64,000 bases of DNA from Phoronis australis (Eukaryota; Animalia; Phoronida). The notes under the pieces were generated by a model, which saw nothing but the letters and a program-made list of their open reading frames with translations, did not search any database and had not been told where the DNA came from. Position 1 is the stretch's first letter. The number at the start of each line of letters is the position of its first letter. Location: NCBI GenBank assembly GCA_002633005.1, contig NMRA01000005.1, forward strand, positions 826,706 to 890,705. Direction: 5' to 3'. The translations under genes and the position numbers were made by a program. This document shows positions 12,060 to 23,300 of the stretch, piece after piece.

Positions 12060-13610
12060 CGTGATCAAAAACCCAATGTAAATGTTGATGACTTATTGTC
12101 TGATCTTTTAACTCCAAATAAATACGATAACTATATAATCACATGTCTGCTTATGAACCAACCCTCAGCAGTGGATCATTTGGCATAAGCAACCAAGGCA
12201 AAAAATGCGTGACGTGACGAAGGGAATCCCACTCTTAACCGTGTTATAGAAATAGCAAAAGCATGTGAATCTACCAACACATGAAACTCATGAATTACAC
12301 TAGTAACAGCACCATGATCGACGTTCTGGTCACCCTCTGATACATATGCAAGATCAGAACATGATTAGGCCAAACAATGATACTAACCAGTTCAAAAATT
12401 CAACCACAGGCAACAGAAGTACGCTCAGCTTGTTAAGAAGTATGCTGTCTAGGGAAAATTTCATCTAAGTGCCACAAACTGGATCTTCTGTACTGTGGAC
12501 CTATTAGATACCAAAGTGACTGATGAATTCATCTCCATCATAAGAACACATGAGCAGTCGAAGTTTAAGCCTGTATATTACGACAAGCTCATAGATGGTG
12601 GCCTTTTCAACTCTGAGTTTATTGCGCTGCCACAATCTGTATCATATCCACACAGTGGCAGATCTAGGATATCGCAAAGGGGGGCCCGACATTTTGTCCA
12701 GCTGTAAGCATTTGCACAAACCACGGTACTACAGATTCGAACTCACGACCTGGCGGATAGAGCGCGCGTGCTTTACCACTACACCACCACGATTTAACTA
12801 CTAATCTTATACTAAGAGACCTACTTGTTTATGGTCCACAGCTTTTGCGCACAAAAACCTACTTCTTTTTGTAATGCTTATTACACGTTTTATATTTTGT
12901 GCAATCGGTTCTTAATAAATTTGTTGTATTTAAAATAGTCTTAAAATGCCCAAAAGACCAAATCCATTTTTCTTGTTGGCAATAATGACGGGATTGCTTT
13001 GGAAATCGTCTTAAGTTAAGGTTTGACAAAGAGAGAATTATGAGCTTCTGATTGATTCACTAAGGCTTCGATTAAAATTCACATCTTACCAACAGCTTCT
13101 GCTGATGTGGAAATGCAAAACATCACATACTCAAGTTGAATATCATGACATCAAGTAGGAAGCACAATGTGTCCTTCATTGTAGTTGAAGACAGCCTTAC
13201 TCCTCTCTTGAGTAGAAGTTGTGTAGAGAAAATGGGTCAAATAACCTCTAAGGCCTTGACTCCTTTAAGGTGGTAAACTGTCATTAACCCTGACCACATT
13301 TTTGAGTCGAGACAGTCAAGTCCATTCGATGATGACTAAGGCACACTAGCTGGCAGTGTTCACATGGCAGACAAACAAGGTGCTGACCCTGTCGTGCCTT
13401 CGCTATACAGTAACCGACTGAGCCAATGAGGTGAATTTCTTTGAAAAGAAAAGAATCCAAAAAAGACCGACCAACCGAGTGACTAGGTTAGCTAGATGCA
13501 AGTGACTAGAGTTTCACACATGCAGATCGTAGATACCTAAATAAGGCTATTAAGTGGGACAACTACACGATGCCAGTCCATGATGACTTGCTCCCTGACT
13601 TGGCTTAGAC
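12060..13610 (+). mobile_element. Decayed Ty3/Gypsy LTR-retrotransposon relic (gag, protease, start of RT); boundaries approximate
   Basis: Manually translated fragments in canonical order with stops and frameshifts: GNPTLNRVIEIAKACE (~12222, gag), KHNVSFIVVEDSLTPLLSRSCVEKMGQI (~13160, protease end), FDDD*GTLAGSVHM..ADPVV (~13326), DRRYLNKAIKWDNYTMPVHDDLLPDLA (~13526, RT start). Confidence 0.8.
12723..12791 (-). mobile_element. tRNA-derived SINE head inside the Gypsy relic
   Basis: Minus strand has A-box tggtgtagtgg and B-box gagttcgaatc; stems do not close properly. Confidence 0.6.
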
Positions 13611-14889
13611 CTACAAGATAACTACCCACACCGTAGCCTTGATTAAGCCTCACATTCAAGAACTAATTTCCAGACTCACTATGGACATTATACATAGAAG
13701 TGACAGCAGTATGGTCTCAGCATCAGTGCTGAAATATGTCAGAAACGTCTCAAGGAAAGGTGGGACAGTTTACAGAATACAAGATGATTTTCTGGTGACA
13801 ATCTTGTGGGGGGTGCTGGTGATACACCAACAGAAGTTTGAGCTGATTGTGAGAGCAACCATAGCACCACCTATTGGGTGTGAAGAACTATTCAAACTAT
13901 TCATTAGATGGCACATTGCCAACGGTGAGTCATCATCAGTCATTCTGCAGTAGACAGAGATTGTCCCTACGATGGCAAACAGAGTTTGCCCGATTGCTTT
14001 TGTTGTGTTCTGCATAACAGCGTAGAAAATTGCAGACATGGTCAACCCTCAGAAATTTAAAAATGTGTAATATATATATAGTTTACCATTAGGACGGATT
14101 TAAAAGTAAAGTTGATGTATGAACAAGCTATTATTTCCATTGAACTTTAACAGCAAACATAAATTAAGGATAACACTAACATCTTAGTTACCACGAGGTC
14201 TTATGCGCTAGAACATCTAATGTGCTGTTGTCATTGAGTGCAGTATTATAGTCAGAATACTTACACATCTTGGATATTTCATTAGCCTTGGAATAACAGT
14301 CACAATTGATAATATTACAAACAAGCATTTCCATAGTCAATTAAGATGAAACCAATTCTCCATAATTATCCATATTACACAGATAAGATTCGTGTGCTAC
14401 ATTTCACTGAAGATGACAGCCAGAATCAGAGTAGTAGACTTGGACCACGACCAGTTGTCAACCCCAACTTGGTGTCAACAAAAACTAAATTCATGTCTTG
14501 TGAGCTAAGTATAGTAAAAATGCTACAATTTGGGGACAGTCTCTAAACACTGAATATCTCTTAATGAGTGAGCTCGTAAGGGAAGCTGGTGAGTTCAACA
14601 ACTGTGTTTGGCGCGAAAATTGACGTAGAGACCGACAATTCAGAGGACATTCCAGAATATAGTTTGTCAACACCAAAAGAGGGCAAAGCTGACAATTAAA
14701 GAGACATGTCCAAGCGAAATGTACATAAACTGAATAAAATAAATTTGACAAAGCGGGACATTTTACATAACCTCCATAGTATTAGTGCTCAACTAGAAAC
14801 AGCATGGTTCACATTCATTGTCTAGCATTCAAGACCCAATTACCTTTAGACCTTTCGTTTGACCTTTTGTCATCAACAGATCATCTAGA

Positions 14890-15459
14890 TCATTTCTTTC
14901 TGTTTTTTAACTCCCTAAGCTGCTCCGTCAGCCACGATATCCCCTCATCGATACCCTCACCAGTTAAAGCATTGCTGGCACAGATGGTCCACGGTTTGTT
15001 GTCGATCTTCTCCAACTCCAGGGCATTGGAACACTTGACTGGTGTCACGGCCTCTCTCAGATCCATCTTGTTTGCAAAGAATACGATCGGCACGCGTCGG
15101 TGAGCCAGATCCGCATGCTCCAACAGCATATTAAGTTCATCCTTTGCAACCACAAGACGCACTGCATCACTGGAGTCAATCACGAATATGACGCCGTCGC
15201 ATTCTTTATAGTAGTGCTCCCATAGGTTGCGATAACGACCCTGTCCGGACATGTCGAATGCCGTGAAATTGAGGTTTTTGGTTTTAAAATTCTCCATTGT
15301 GAAGCCGACAGTAGGAACAATGTCCTGGCATTTAGCTTCCGCAGGTTTCAGTTTGTTCAGAATCGTCGACTTGCCACTGTTGTCAAGACCCACAACGACT
15401 ACCTTGACTTCTTTGTTGCCGACGCCAAAAATGCGAGCAAGTGCACTGAGAAAGCCCAT
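14890..15459 (-). CDS. ARL6: ADP-ribosylation factor-like protein 6 (BBS3), 189 aa, intronless CDS
   Basis: MG N-terminus (myristoylation-type), [10 protein letters not shown]-loop, [22 protein letters not shown] (ARL6-typical), [17 protein letters not shown]; ATG at 15459 lies downstream of an acceptor ending at 15518. Confidence 0.96.
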   Translation of the reverse strand: MGFLSALARIFGVGNKEVKVVVVGLDNSGKSTILNKLKPAEAKCQDIVPTVGFTMENFKTKNLNFTAFDMSGQGRYRNLWEHYYKECDGVIFVIDSSDAVRLVVAKDELNMLLEHADLAHRRVPIVFFANKMDLREAVTPVKCSNALELEKIDNKPWTICASNALTGEGIDEGISWLTEQLRELKNRKK

Positions 15460-15517
15460 CTTGATAAGTGATACAACGTGGTCAGCTGTAATTCGATGCC
15501 ACCATAACTTTGACAGG

Positions 15518-16873
15518 CTGTAAGTAACATAACACATTGTGAGATGTGCATAAGAGCAATATGGACGACAACTGATGTTCTTTAGCATTTGGCCAAGTAA
15601 ACTGAAATCGTAACACAATCAGATTTTATGTCATTCATTATAAGTGCAAGAGACCACAGGACATCAGGTATGAAGCTTGAATTTCTTGAGCTCTCTGAAT
15701 ATCTCCATTCTTATTGGCAGCTCCCAGAAATATTGAATGGCAAATTATCCATGAGAACCAGCAACCTGCCCACACAGGGTTTTTACATCAATGACAAAGG
15801 TGGGTTGATTAGTTACATCACAGATCAATTCGAACATTACGACTGGCTACAAATACTTTGCCTCAACAACTGAGAAACCACTAATGAATCTAACGAATGC
15901 TTTTTTCTCAAGCATGTGAACAGAATTTTTTTAAATGAAAAGTCGGATGAGCATGTTTTCTTAGATAGACATGAGAATGTTAAACGTGTGTATTTTTTAC
16001 GTGGCCTAATCAACAAATGCAGTGTATGATAAACAAACTAAGTTACTTAGCTTCCGAATGTCCCCAATACGCTATATAGATTACAAGGTAAAGACACTCG
16101 GGACTAGGAATTCTATTGGTGCCTCACTTCAGCCGTCCATATTAAACACAAAGCTCGATAAATTTACACAAAACAGGGATTCACAAAACCACGAACAATT
16201 TCTCAAGACAGCATTTACAGTGTCTTGCTCTGGCAAGTTCGGAACAAAGTCACGATTCAAAACATTAAATTCTACACAAAAAGCCATCACAACTATTGTA
16301 GATGGGTCATGTGCAGTGCTGTAGTGGTAAAATTAGAGGTAAGTAGGCGCCCAAAAGCCAACCGTATTACCTTGAGCACTGAACATAACTTACGGTGCGT
16401 AGGTGCTACGTTCAAATGACAAATGGTGGTTGGCTGCGCCTACATGCGCCTAAACCCCACTACAGCACTGGACATGTGAGTCGGTTCAAAGTCAAGTACG
16501 AAATTATCTGATGAGAAAACCTTCCGAGATGAACCAGCAATTGCCATTATTCATCCGTAACTCATCGGGTAACTGAGATTTGCGTTTGATATGGATGGCT
16601 GATGTGAAGCACCCTTGAAATTTCTATTTCCGAGGGTCATACCTTGCAGTATTACATATAGTGTATTGGAGACGATCAGAAGCTAAGGAAGGTCTAAAGG
16701 ACGCCTGTGCCTGTGGCTGTGATCTGGTGATTAAGACCTGACAGAAAAACTTTACACTTTCCTCATCGAGAGCGTTCGCGCCACTCAATGAACCAAATTT
16801 AACAAAAAGGATTCAAGATAAACGTTTCACATAGAAATACCATAGTTATCCGTCTAAGTTTTTGTTACGTTAC
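15518..16873 (-). other. Predicted 5'UTR intron of ARL6
   Basis: Minus-strand acceptor ttatgttacttacag 58 nt upstream of the ATG; candidate donor ccg|gtaacg at 16873 next to the promoter motifs (donor less certain). Confidence 0.5.
16314..16470. mobile_element. hAT-type MITE family D, 157 bp, 8-bp TSD
   Basis: 14-bp TIR cagtgctgtagtgg / ccactacagcactg; flanks gtcatgtg / gacatgtg; second copy at 60430-60590. Confidence 0.9.
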
Positions 16874-17240
16874 CGGGAAGGTTGACACCTTTGCTCTGAT
16901 CACTCTGTTGCTATCAACTTTGTGTAAAAATGGCGAATGGTATTTGCTCAAGTAGAGTTATTTAGTAGTTTCGTAAACCTTCTTATTCCTCAACATATGA
17001 AACTATCTGTGTTTGTAAAATGATTTTTGTGTATAACATGTATCTAAAATAATGTCATAAATTTATTAGTCATGAAAAAACGTGAAATAACATTATATAG
17101 TCGTCGTTATAATTTCTTGATAATTAAACAGAAACTAAATTTAATAATGTAAAAATAACTGTTATGTGTACTTCCGGTTTTACCAATTTGCTTTTTTATT
17201 CGGGATTCGAGTTGGATTAATAATTGGGCACTTTTAGGTA
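16860..17240. promoter_or_regulatory. Probable bidirectional promoter for ARL6 (-) and TAF3 (+)
   Basis: RFX-like gttgctatcaac (16907-16918), YY1-like aaaatggcg (16927-16935), ETS-like acttccgg (17170-17177); outward-facing donors at 16873 (-) and 17238 (+, tag|gtaaga). Confidence 0.55.
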
Positions 17241-17378
17241 AGACCTGTGTTGCATTTTTGCTAAGTACATAGTGGAAAGTTGTCATAAGTATGAAATTAT
17301 TCCTGCAGTTGTTTATTGTCCTTTTGGCCCACCTCTTTAATTCAACTTTTTAAAAAATAAACCTAGACATTTTAGCTT

Positions 17379-18612
17379 TGAAGAATCACCTTGTTCCAAG
17401 ACTTCCAAGTTTCGAATGCGGTACCTCTTGCTTCAAAGATTGGCGTCCTTGCCAGTAGATCAAAGGACAAGTTGCTTGCAGTCGAGTGATTCAGGGAGGC
17501 CATTATATTATTACATACACTGCAGATTCATCACACTCTTTCCCAATTCAATGATATAAATGAGTCACGCCACCTGGTAGTCAACATCAGGCGTGCGTTC
17601 AGCAGACGCTAGGACCTACGCTAGGACCTAGCTAAAACCTAGTCAAAGTCACGTGTTCTTATTTAAAAAACACGGCAATATCTCACGTAATCTCGCGAAG
17701 TCTTGCTTTTTAGCGAGGTCCTAGCGTTACTGAATGGGAGACAGATTTTCTCCCTTTACATTTGTCTCGTATTCAAACTCAGGAGGCTGTTTGGTCCCTC
17801 TTTGACGTCGTGAGTACGTACCATTGGTGGGTGCCTGTATAGTGAAAAATCACCTTGTTCCAAGTTTCAAACCGGTAACCTCTTGTGTCAAAGCCTGGCA
17901 ACAGCCAATGAAAGCTATTGCCTGTAGATGTAGGTGTGTGATTAATAGAGGCCTTTATATTACTACACTTCCTGCAAATTCACCACAGCATGCTAGACTT
18001 CATCACCAGCGTTGAAAAATCACTGATATGTGGTCGGGTTTTGAACCTAGATATGTGACGTCAAAGTTGAGTGTCGTAACCAATTGCCTAGTACAATTCA
18101 TTGGAGGGTGGTCATCAGTGGCCCGTTAATTATATTATATATTGTCGAGAACCTCCGAGCTGGTGACAATATTAATGACTGAGGCAGATTTGTAGGCATT
18201 GACATAGAGAAAAGAACTGTCAAATATATCGAGTTCCACTAAAATCTGGTGTTGAAATGATAAACACAACCTGGTCACAAACAAATACAACCCGAGATAC
18301 ACATAATATCTTTCAAGTGGTAGATGAGTGCAGGCCTGGAACTGGTGTTGGTACAGAACATAGAGGGAAAGTGTCGCTAACGGCAAATTCTAGGATTTTA
18401 GGAATGTTGCTGAGATCTGTGTCGACTGTGTTAATAAAACGTAGCAGAAACCAGATGCTGTGAGGCTTAGTAATGAAAACACAACCTTCAGATGGCAGCA
18501 CTAAGCAGTTTTCAGCACGCATTGTTGGAATAATGATCAAGTCTAGCTGGGTTTTCGAACCTTGGTCACCAGTGTTAAGAGTCTAGCATCGTGGCATGTC
18601 TCCCAAAGAGCA
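17379..18612 (-). repeat. Cluster of about 4 decayed tRNA-SINE-like units
   Basis: tgaaaaatcac-led units at ~17379, ~17842, ~18013 and a weaker one at ~18535; the 18030-18095 unit reads taggcaattgg...ggttcaaaacc (A/B-box-like) on the minus strand. Confidence 0.5.
17598..17734. mobile_element. Small inverted-repeat element (MITE-like)
   Basis: ttcagcagacgctaggacctacgcta ... tagcgaggtcctagcgttactgaa imperfect TIRs. Confidence 0.65.
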
Positions 18613-19091
18613 ATTGACCCATCGCAAGCTGCACCCCCTTACGAAAAGTCGACAAACAAACAATACCTTTTATCCGGCAACAGGTTGTATGTCGGGTATA
18701 TTGGCGGCTTGGAAATGTGGGTGTGTCAAGAATGCTGCGTTCTGAATGGTCACTTAAGCCATCACTCACTTCTTAATTCTTCATCTATTTAGAACACTAT
18801 ATGGTGGACAAGTGAAATTTTATGTCTTCAAATTTCTTAACAAAAAACGAATTAATTTTAAAAATTCAGTCTTTTCTTAGCTTAGTTTTTAGTGTTCAAA
18901 TGTTAAACCAACATTGGGTAAAGTTTCTAATATTTGCATTAAAGTAATCAGTATTTGAAAAACAGAAAATGATAATTTTTGTACAAAATGGGTGAAGAAG
19001 AATTAACATTATAGTTATTAACAGAGTCTGTTCTTGGTAGTTTTGTATTTTTCCAAAAGGAGTCTCCACCACTTGGTCTGGTGGCGGGTAA

Positions 19092-19200
19092 CCATATATT
19101 AATAAAGCATAAAAATATTTATAGGTGATCAGTGCAATGGGTCCACATGCGAGGCCTGCGCACGTCTGGTACAACGTGTATCAGACCGCCTGCAATTATT
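19092..19200 (+). mobile_element. 5'-truncated copy of SINE family E (3' tail only)
   Basis: ccatatattaataaagca...gtgcaatgg...cacgtctggtacaac...ctgcaattatt matches the tails of the copies at 29493 and 61006. Confidence 0.8.
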
Positions 19201-20304
19201 TTTTTTTTTAATACTCAAGAGTAAATTAACAAGAATTCTGATAAGAGGTACGACTGTTAAAAAGTTGTGAAAAAATATGTCAGGTGACATTAAGGTATCT
19301 AACATTTGAAGCAAATGATTTTTGTTATTAATATTTCTCATTTACTTAGATAATCAATGGCCTAATTGAAAGAATTAAAAGGGAAAGTTGTTGTTTCAGA
19401 TATTACCTCAAGTAAAACTACAGATCCCTGGTTGTCTTGGACAGGCATTTTCCTTGCTTATATAACTGTTCCTTGACTAGTATTTACTATTCAAGGACCA
19501 ATAGGATGTGAGGTCAGTGGCCCAACAAAATTCCCGCATCTTGGTTCTGTATTCGGTTCCATTGAGTAAACACAGTGACCCACTCACTATTGAAGAACAG
19601 TCTGTGTCTGTCGTTCGTGTTTGCTCAATGCAGGCAAATTCAGAACCATGACGTTGACCCTTGGGCTGTTTGCGGGACTCAATTGTTCCATTGTTACTCA
19701 ATAACGAAATGATAATTTTAATTAGTGTACTATTACATGCTTTAACTGTCCCTCCAAGATAAACAGGTTGATGATGATATTTGCCTCGTGATTTCAGAAT
19801 TCTTGTAATGGGGGACTTGCCCATTTACTTTCGACACTGTGGTTGCTAGGCGCATGGGTTATTCCAATTGCCATCTTTCCATGTATTTGCTATGGATTTT
19901 AATTGTTCATCGTTGTTTTTTTGAAAATTCCAGGTGAACATATTATTAATGGCATTTTTTAAAATTCTTTATTGTCCGTTTCCAGAGTAAACATAAAACA
20001 TTAGCCGGTTGACAAATTAAATAATGTTGTCGAAAGCTGGTGTAACTAATTAATCTTAAAAAGGTTGGACACTAATGTAGTGTTCGCAATATTGTTTTGT
20101 GGGAACAGGAAGTTGGGAGCAGGAAGTGGAACCAGCCTTTGGCTTTGAGTACACATTAGTTTCTTAATAAAGTCTTTACATCGACCAACATCGTCTTAAT
20201 TAAAGACACGACATCTAATATTTTGCAAAATGTTTATATTCTTTGAGTTTTAATCGATTTATTTATCATTACCACTGTGCTTTTATCTCCATTGCCTGTC
20301 GCAG

Positions 20305-20391
20305 GCTGGTGTATTCATGTCCGTTATTACTAATACCGTTGCTAGGGCCCTACTTTTGAAGGTGGAATGAATTAGTACATTGAACGTGAGA
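20305..20391 (+). other. Candidate non-coding 5' leader exon of TAF3
   Basis: ttttatctccattgcctgtcgcag acceptor and gaga|gtaagt donor; stops in all three frames. Confidence 0.35.
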
Positions 20392-23300
20392 GTAAGTAAA
20401 CCAAGCATATCTTGTCAAATTAGAGAAAACTTTAACTTCAGCTGGATGACTTTCATACAAACTAGCAATGCAACTTTTTAAACAGCCTGATTAATTTCCT
20501 TGGCTTGATACCATCTAGATATTCATCCAGTATTTTTTAAACAATTAATGATGTTGTAAAAAATGTCTAGATAAATTGTCATAGTGACCTCCTGACCTCT
20601 TTGAATTCTTATTCTTACAATGTTACAACTGATTTAGGTAGTGCCTTTCGATAATGAACAATAGGTGTCTCTCGAAGGCGAACTTGAGCTCAGAGTCTTG
20701 TGACTATGACTCATTCACTTTCCACCTGTGAGTGGGTGGTGCCTGTATTAGATGCTTGCTGCGCAACACTATAGCTCCATGGAGCTTGATGATGAAAAGG
20801 TCCACGTCATGCTATAAAATTGTAGGCTATACAGAATCTGTTTTGCCCTTCATGCCAAATTGCAAGATGATGCTGAAGTGTAAAATTCTTAAGCAATTCA
20901 TGTGAGGTCATAAGTGCTGCTATGAAAGTCGCACTTCCGCAGTGGTTTTGTTCTGGATACACCTGCAGTTTGTAAGGTTTAGTTTCGTGAAGCTAACCCT
21001 TATGTGGAGATTCTTCCCATCACGATAGAACGAGAGAAACCTACTGAATATTTTTAAAAGTTGAATATTAAAAATCCTGTAGATTGATCAACGGTTAGAA
21101 AAAAGGAACTTTTTATTTAGGTTTGAACTCCCAAAGTTAACCTTTTGTAGGAAATTTTATCAAAAAGGGGTCCTTTTATCGGGAATTTTGTTAGAAAAGG
21201 CATCGTTTCATTAGGAAACTGGTCATGAAAAAGTCACCTTTCTGATCTGCACATCCCTTGTACCTCTTCTATGGGAGTACTCTTGAACATAAACTCCAAG
21301 GCCCTGAAGTTCTGTGCCGTAACTACAGTGTGGTCTTTAATTCTGCTGGAGCAGTTAGTAAATACAAAATTTTCTTCCTGGCTTGTGTGTATCTATAAAC
21401 ATTGAGCAGATGTATCAAAACATGTAACAGTATTTGTAGCCCAAAACCGCAGTGATTTAACGATTTTCTTGTTCTACACCTGGTCTTCATTTCCTCGCCT
21501 TTTGCTCTGCAAAATCCATTAGCTTTTTCAGAGACGTATTTTTGGCAAGGTTGTGTTCAGTCGATGGCCAGCAAAGGTATGGATTGGAGTATTATTGTGT
21601 TTCTTCTCTGTATCTGCATTCATTCAGGATAACGCCCGGATTCCGCTATTTATGTCTGTTTGGGAATTTTGAACAATTTCACTTTTGAATACCTATACCC
21701 TGTAAATACAAGTATGAGGCTTAATCCTTGTTCCTTGATTTTCGGATTTTCAGTTTACTTAATGTCATGTAGGACCCTAAAAAATGTTCAAATTCGGCTT
21801 CAGATGAAACTTTCATTATGCTATCCTTTAAACCCTTTCTCTGAAATGCTGTGGAGAATTGTTTTTAAAATGTTCCACTTTGGCACGAGGACCTATCAAA
21901 AATTGGGATTTTCATGATTTTGATGAAAAAATCAGAAAGAGCATAGAATAAAAATGAAATGATTATTTTGAAAACTGTGACGGCGTTTTTGAGATTTTCT
22001 CTGGGACGTATCAAATGAAATTTGGTCATGTTATTGACACAGTTGTTTGCTACGCGTATGAATATGCCTTTCCTTTTTGTTAAATTTTCTTAAAAGACTT
22101 GATCAGGCAATCCAACTAATGGCAGACTGATAAAAAGCCAAAAATCAAATTCTGCAAGCTTTCTACTTTCAATGAATATCAACTAAAAGTATAGTTTTGT
22201 AGATATTTGACTAAATACCTTGAGTTATTGACAAGTTCCTGCATTACCTTAAGCGTCGTGTTACGACAAATCAATAAGACTGACAGTGAATCATTGAAGT
22301 TGTGTTCTAAGTGACAGCTGCCGCGAGTTGCAACTTACCTCAGGGGCAACTTTGGCCGGTTGCATGAAACAGTCCCAACAGGGACTCAACTATGTTATCT
22401 AAATTTTCAGTGCAGTTGAAAACTTCGTTTACTCACTGTTGTTATATATTTTAATAATTTATCTTTATCATGATCACTTGTTTCACCTAACACTTTCTAA
22501 TGATATATTTAAAAACAGCTTTTGTATCGCCGAAAACAAATAGACGAAGTCGTAAATTACCGCAGTAGAGATTTTGTTTGAACTGGTCCCTGTTAATTTA
22601 GCTTGAGTTTAGTCTGCTGTGTATCAAAGCTAAAGATCAGAAAAAGGACAATCAGTGTTTCCACAAAGTATTCACAAATTTGCTGAAAATTTAGGAAGCA
22701 TAGTGAGTTTTTATTGGGACTGTCATGAAACCGAGCACCTGCCCCCCCCCCCACCCACTATTCTCTTCCGCCTGTAGAATTTGATTTCTGACATTATGCC
22801 AATCTGCCGTTGGTTCTGCATCACGTCATGGTAATTCTTCATTTCTCTACCATGCAATATGGCCGACAAGTGAAATTCTATTGTGTCTAATTTGTCCACA
22901 AAAATGAAAATTAAGAAAAGTGCAGTGTAATTGCTAGTGTGGTTTGTGAATTAACTTTTGGTAAAATTTCCATTATTTATAGTAAATGGAAAATGATGAC
23001 AATTTTGACAATTATTTTTGTGCAAAATAAGTGAAGAAGTACGTCTGTAGCAAATCAACAATTAAGGACCAAATATCTTTGATATAAATTTTCAAGATCA
23101 AACTTCAAAAATGATAGTTTTTCAAATATTGTAAGTGCATTTTTGTTTAATTTAACATTTGTGCTTGCTATAAATATCCTTCGTGGTCTTTTTTGGTAGC
23201 TCTTCATCTCACTAACAGTTGAACACTTATAACAATTCCTAGCAGCCTTTTGGAGTTCAAAGTAATCACCAGACACAGCATAAAGCACAGTAACTGATCT

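Noticed and set aside
12723-12791. Possible suppressor tRNA (ctctatc loop with CTA)
   Set aside because: The anticodon, T and acceptor stems do not pair and the spacing is off; a degenerate SINE head is more likely.
15460-15618. 53-aa N-terminal extension of ARL6 in the ORF track
   Set aside because: It starts at a non-ATG codon, crosses a splice acceptor at 15518, and would bury the MG N-terminus.
16930-16939. ATG GCG AAT G|gt as the TAF3 start exon
   Set aside because: The phase-1 donor would be out of frame with the 35337 acceptor; better read as a YY1-like motif.
22342-22360. U1 snRNA-like start acttacctcagggg
   Set aside because: Similarity ends after about 12 nt; no U1 stems or Sm site.
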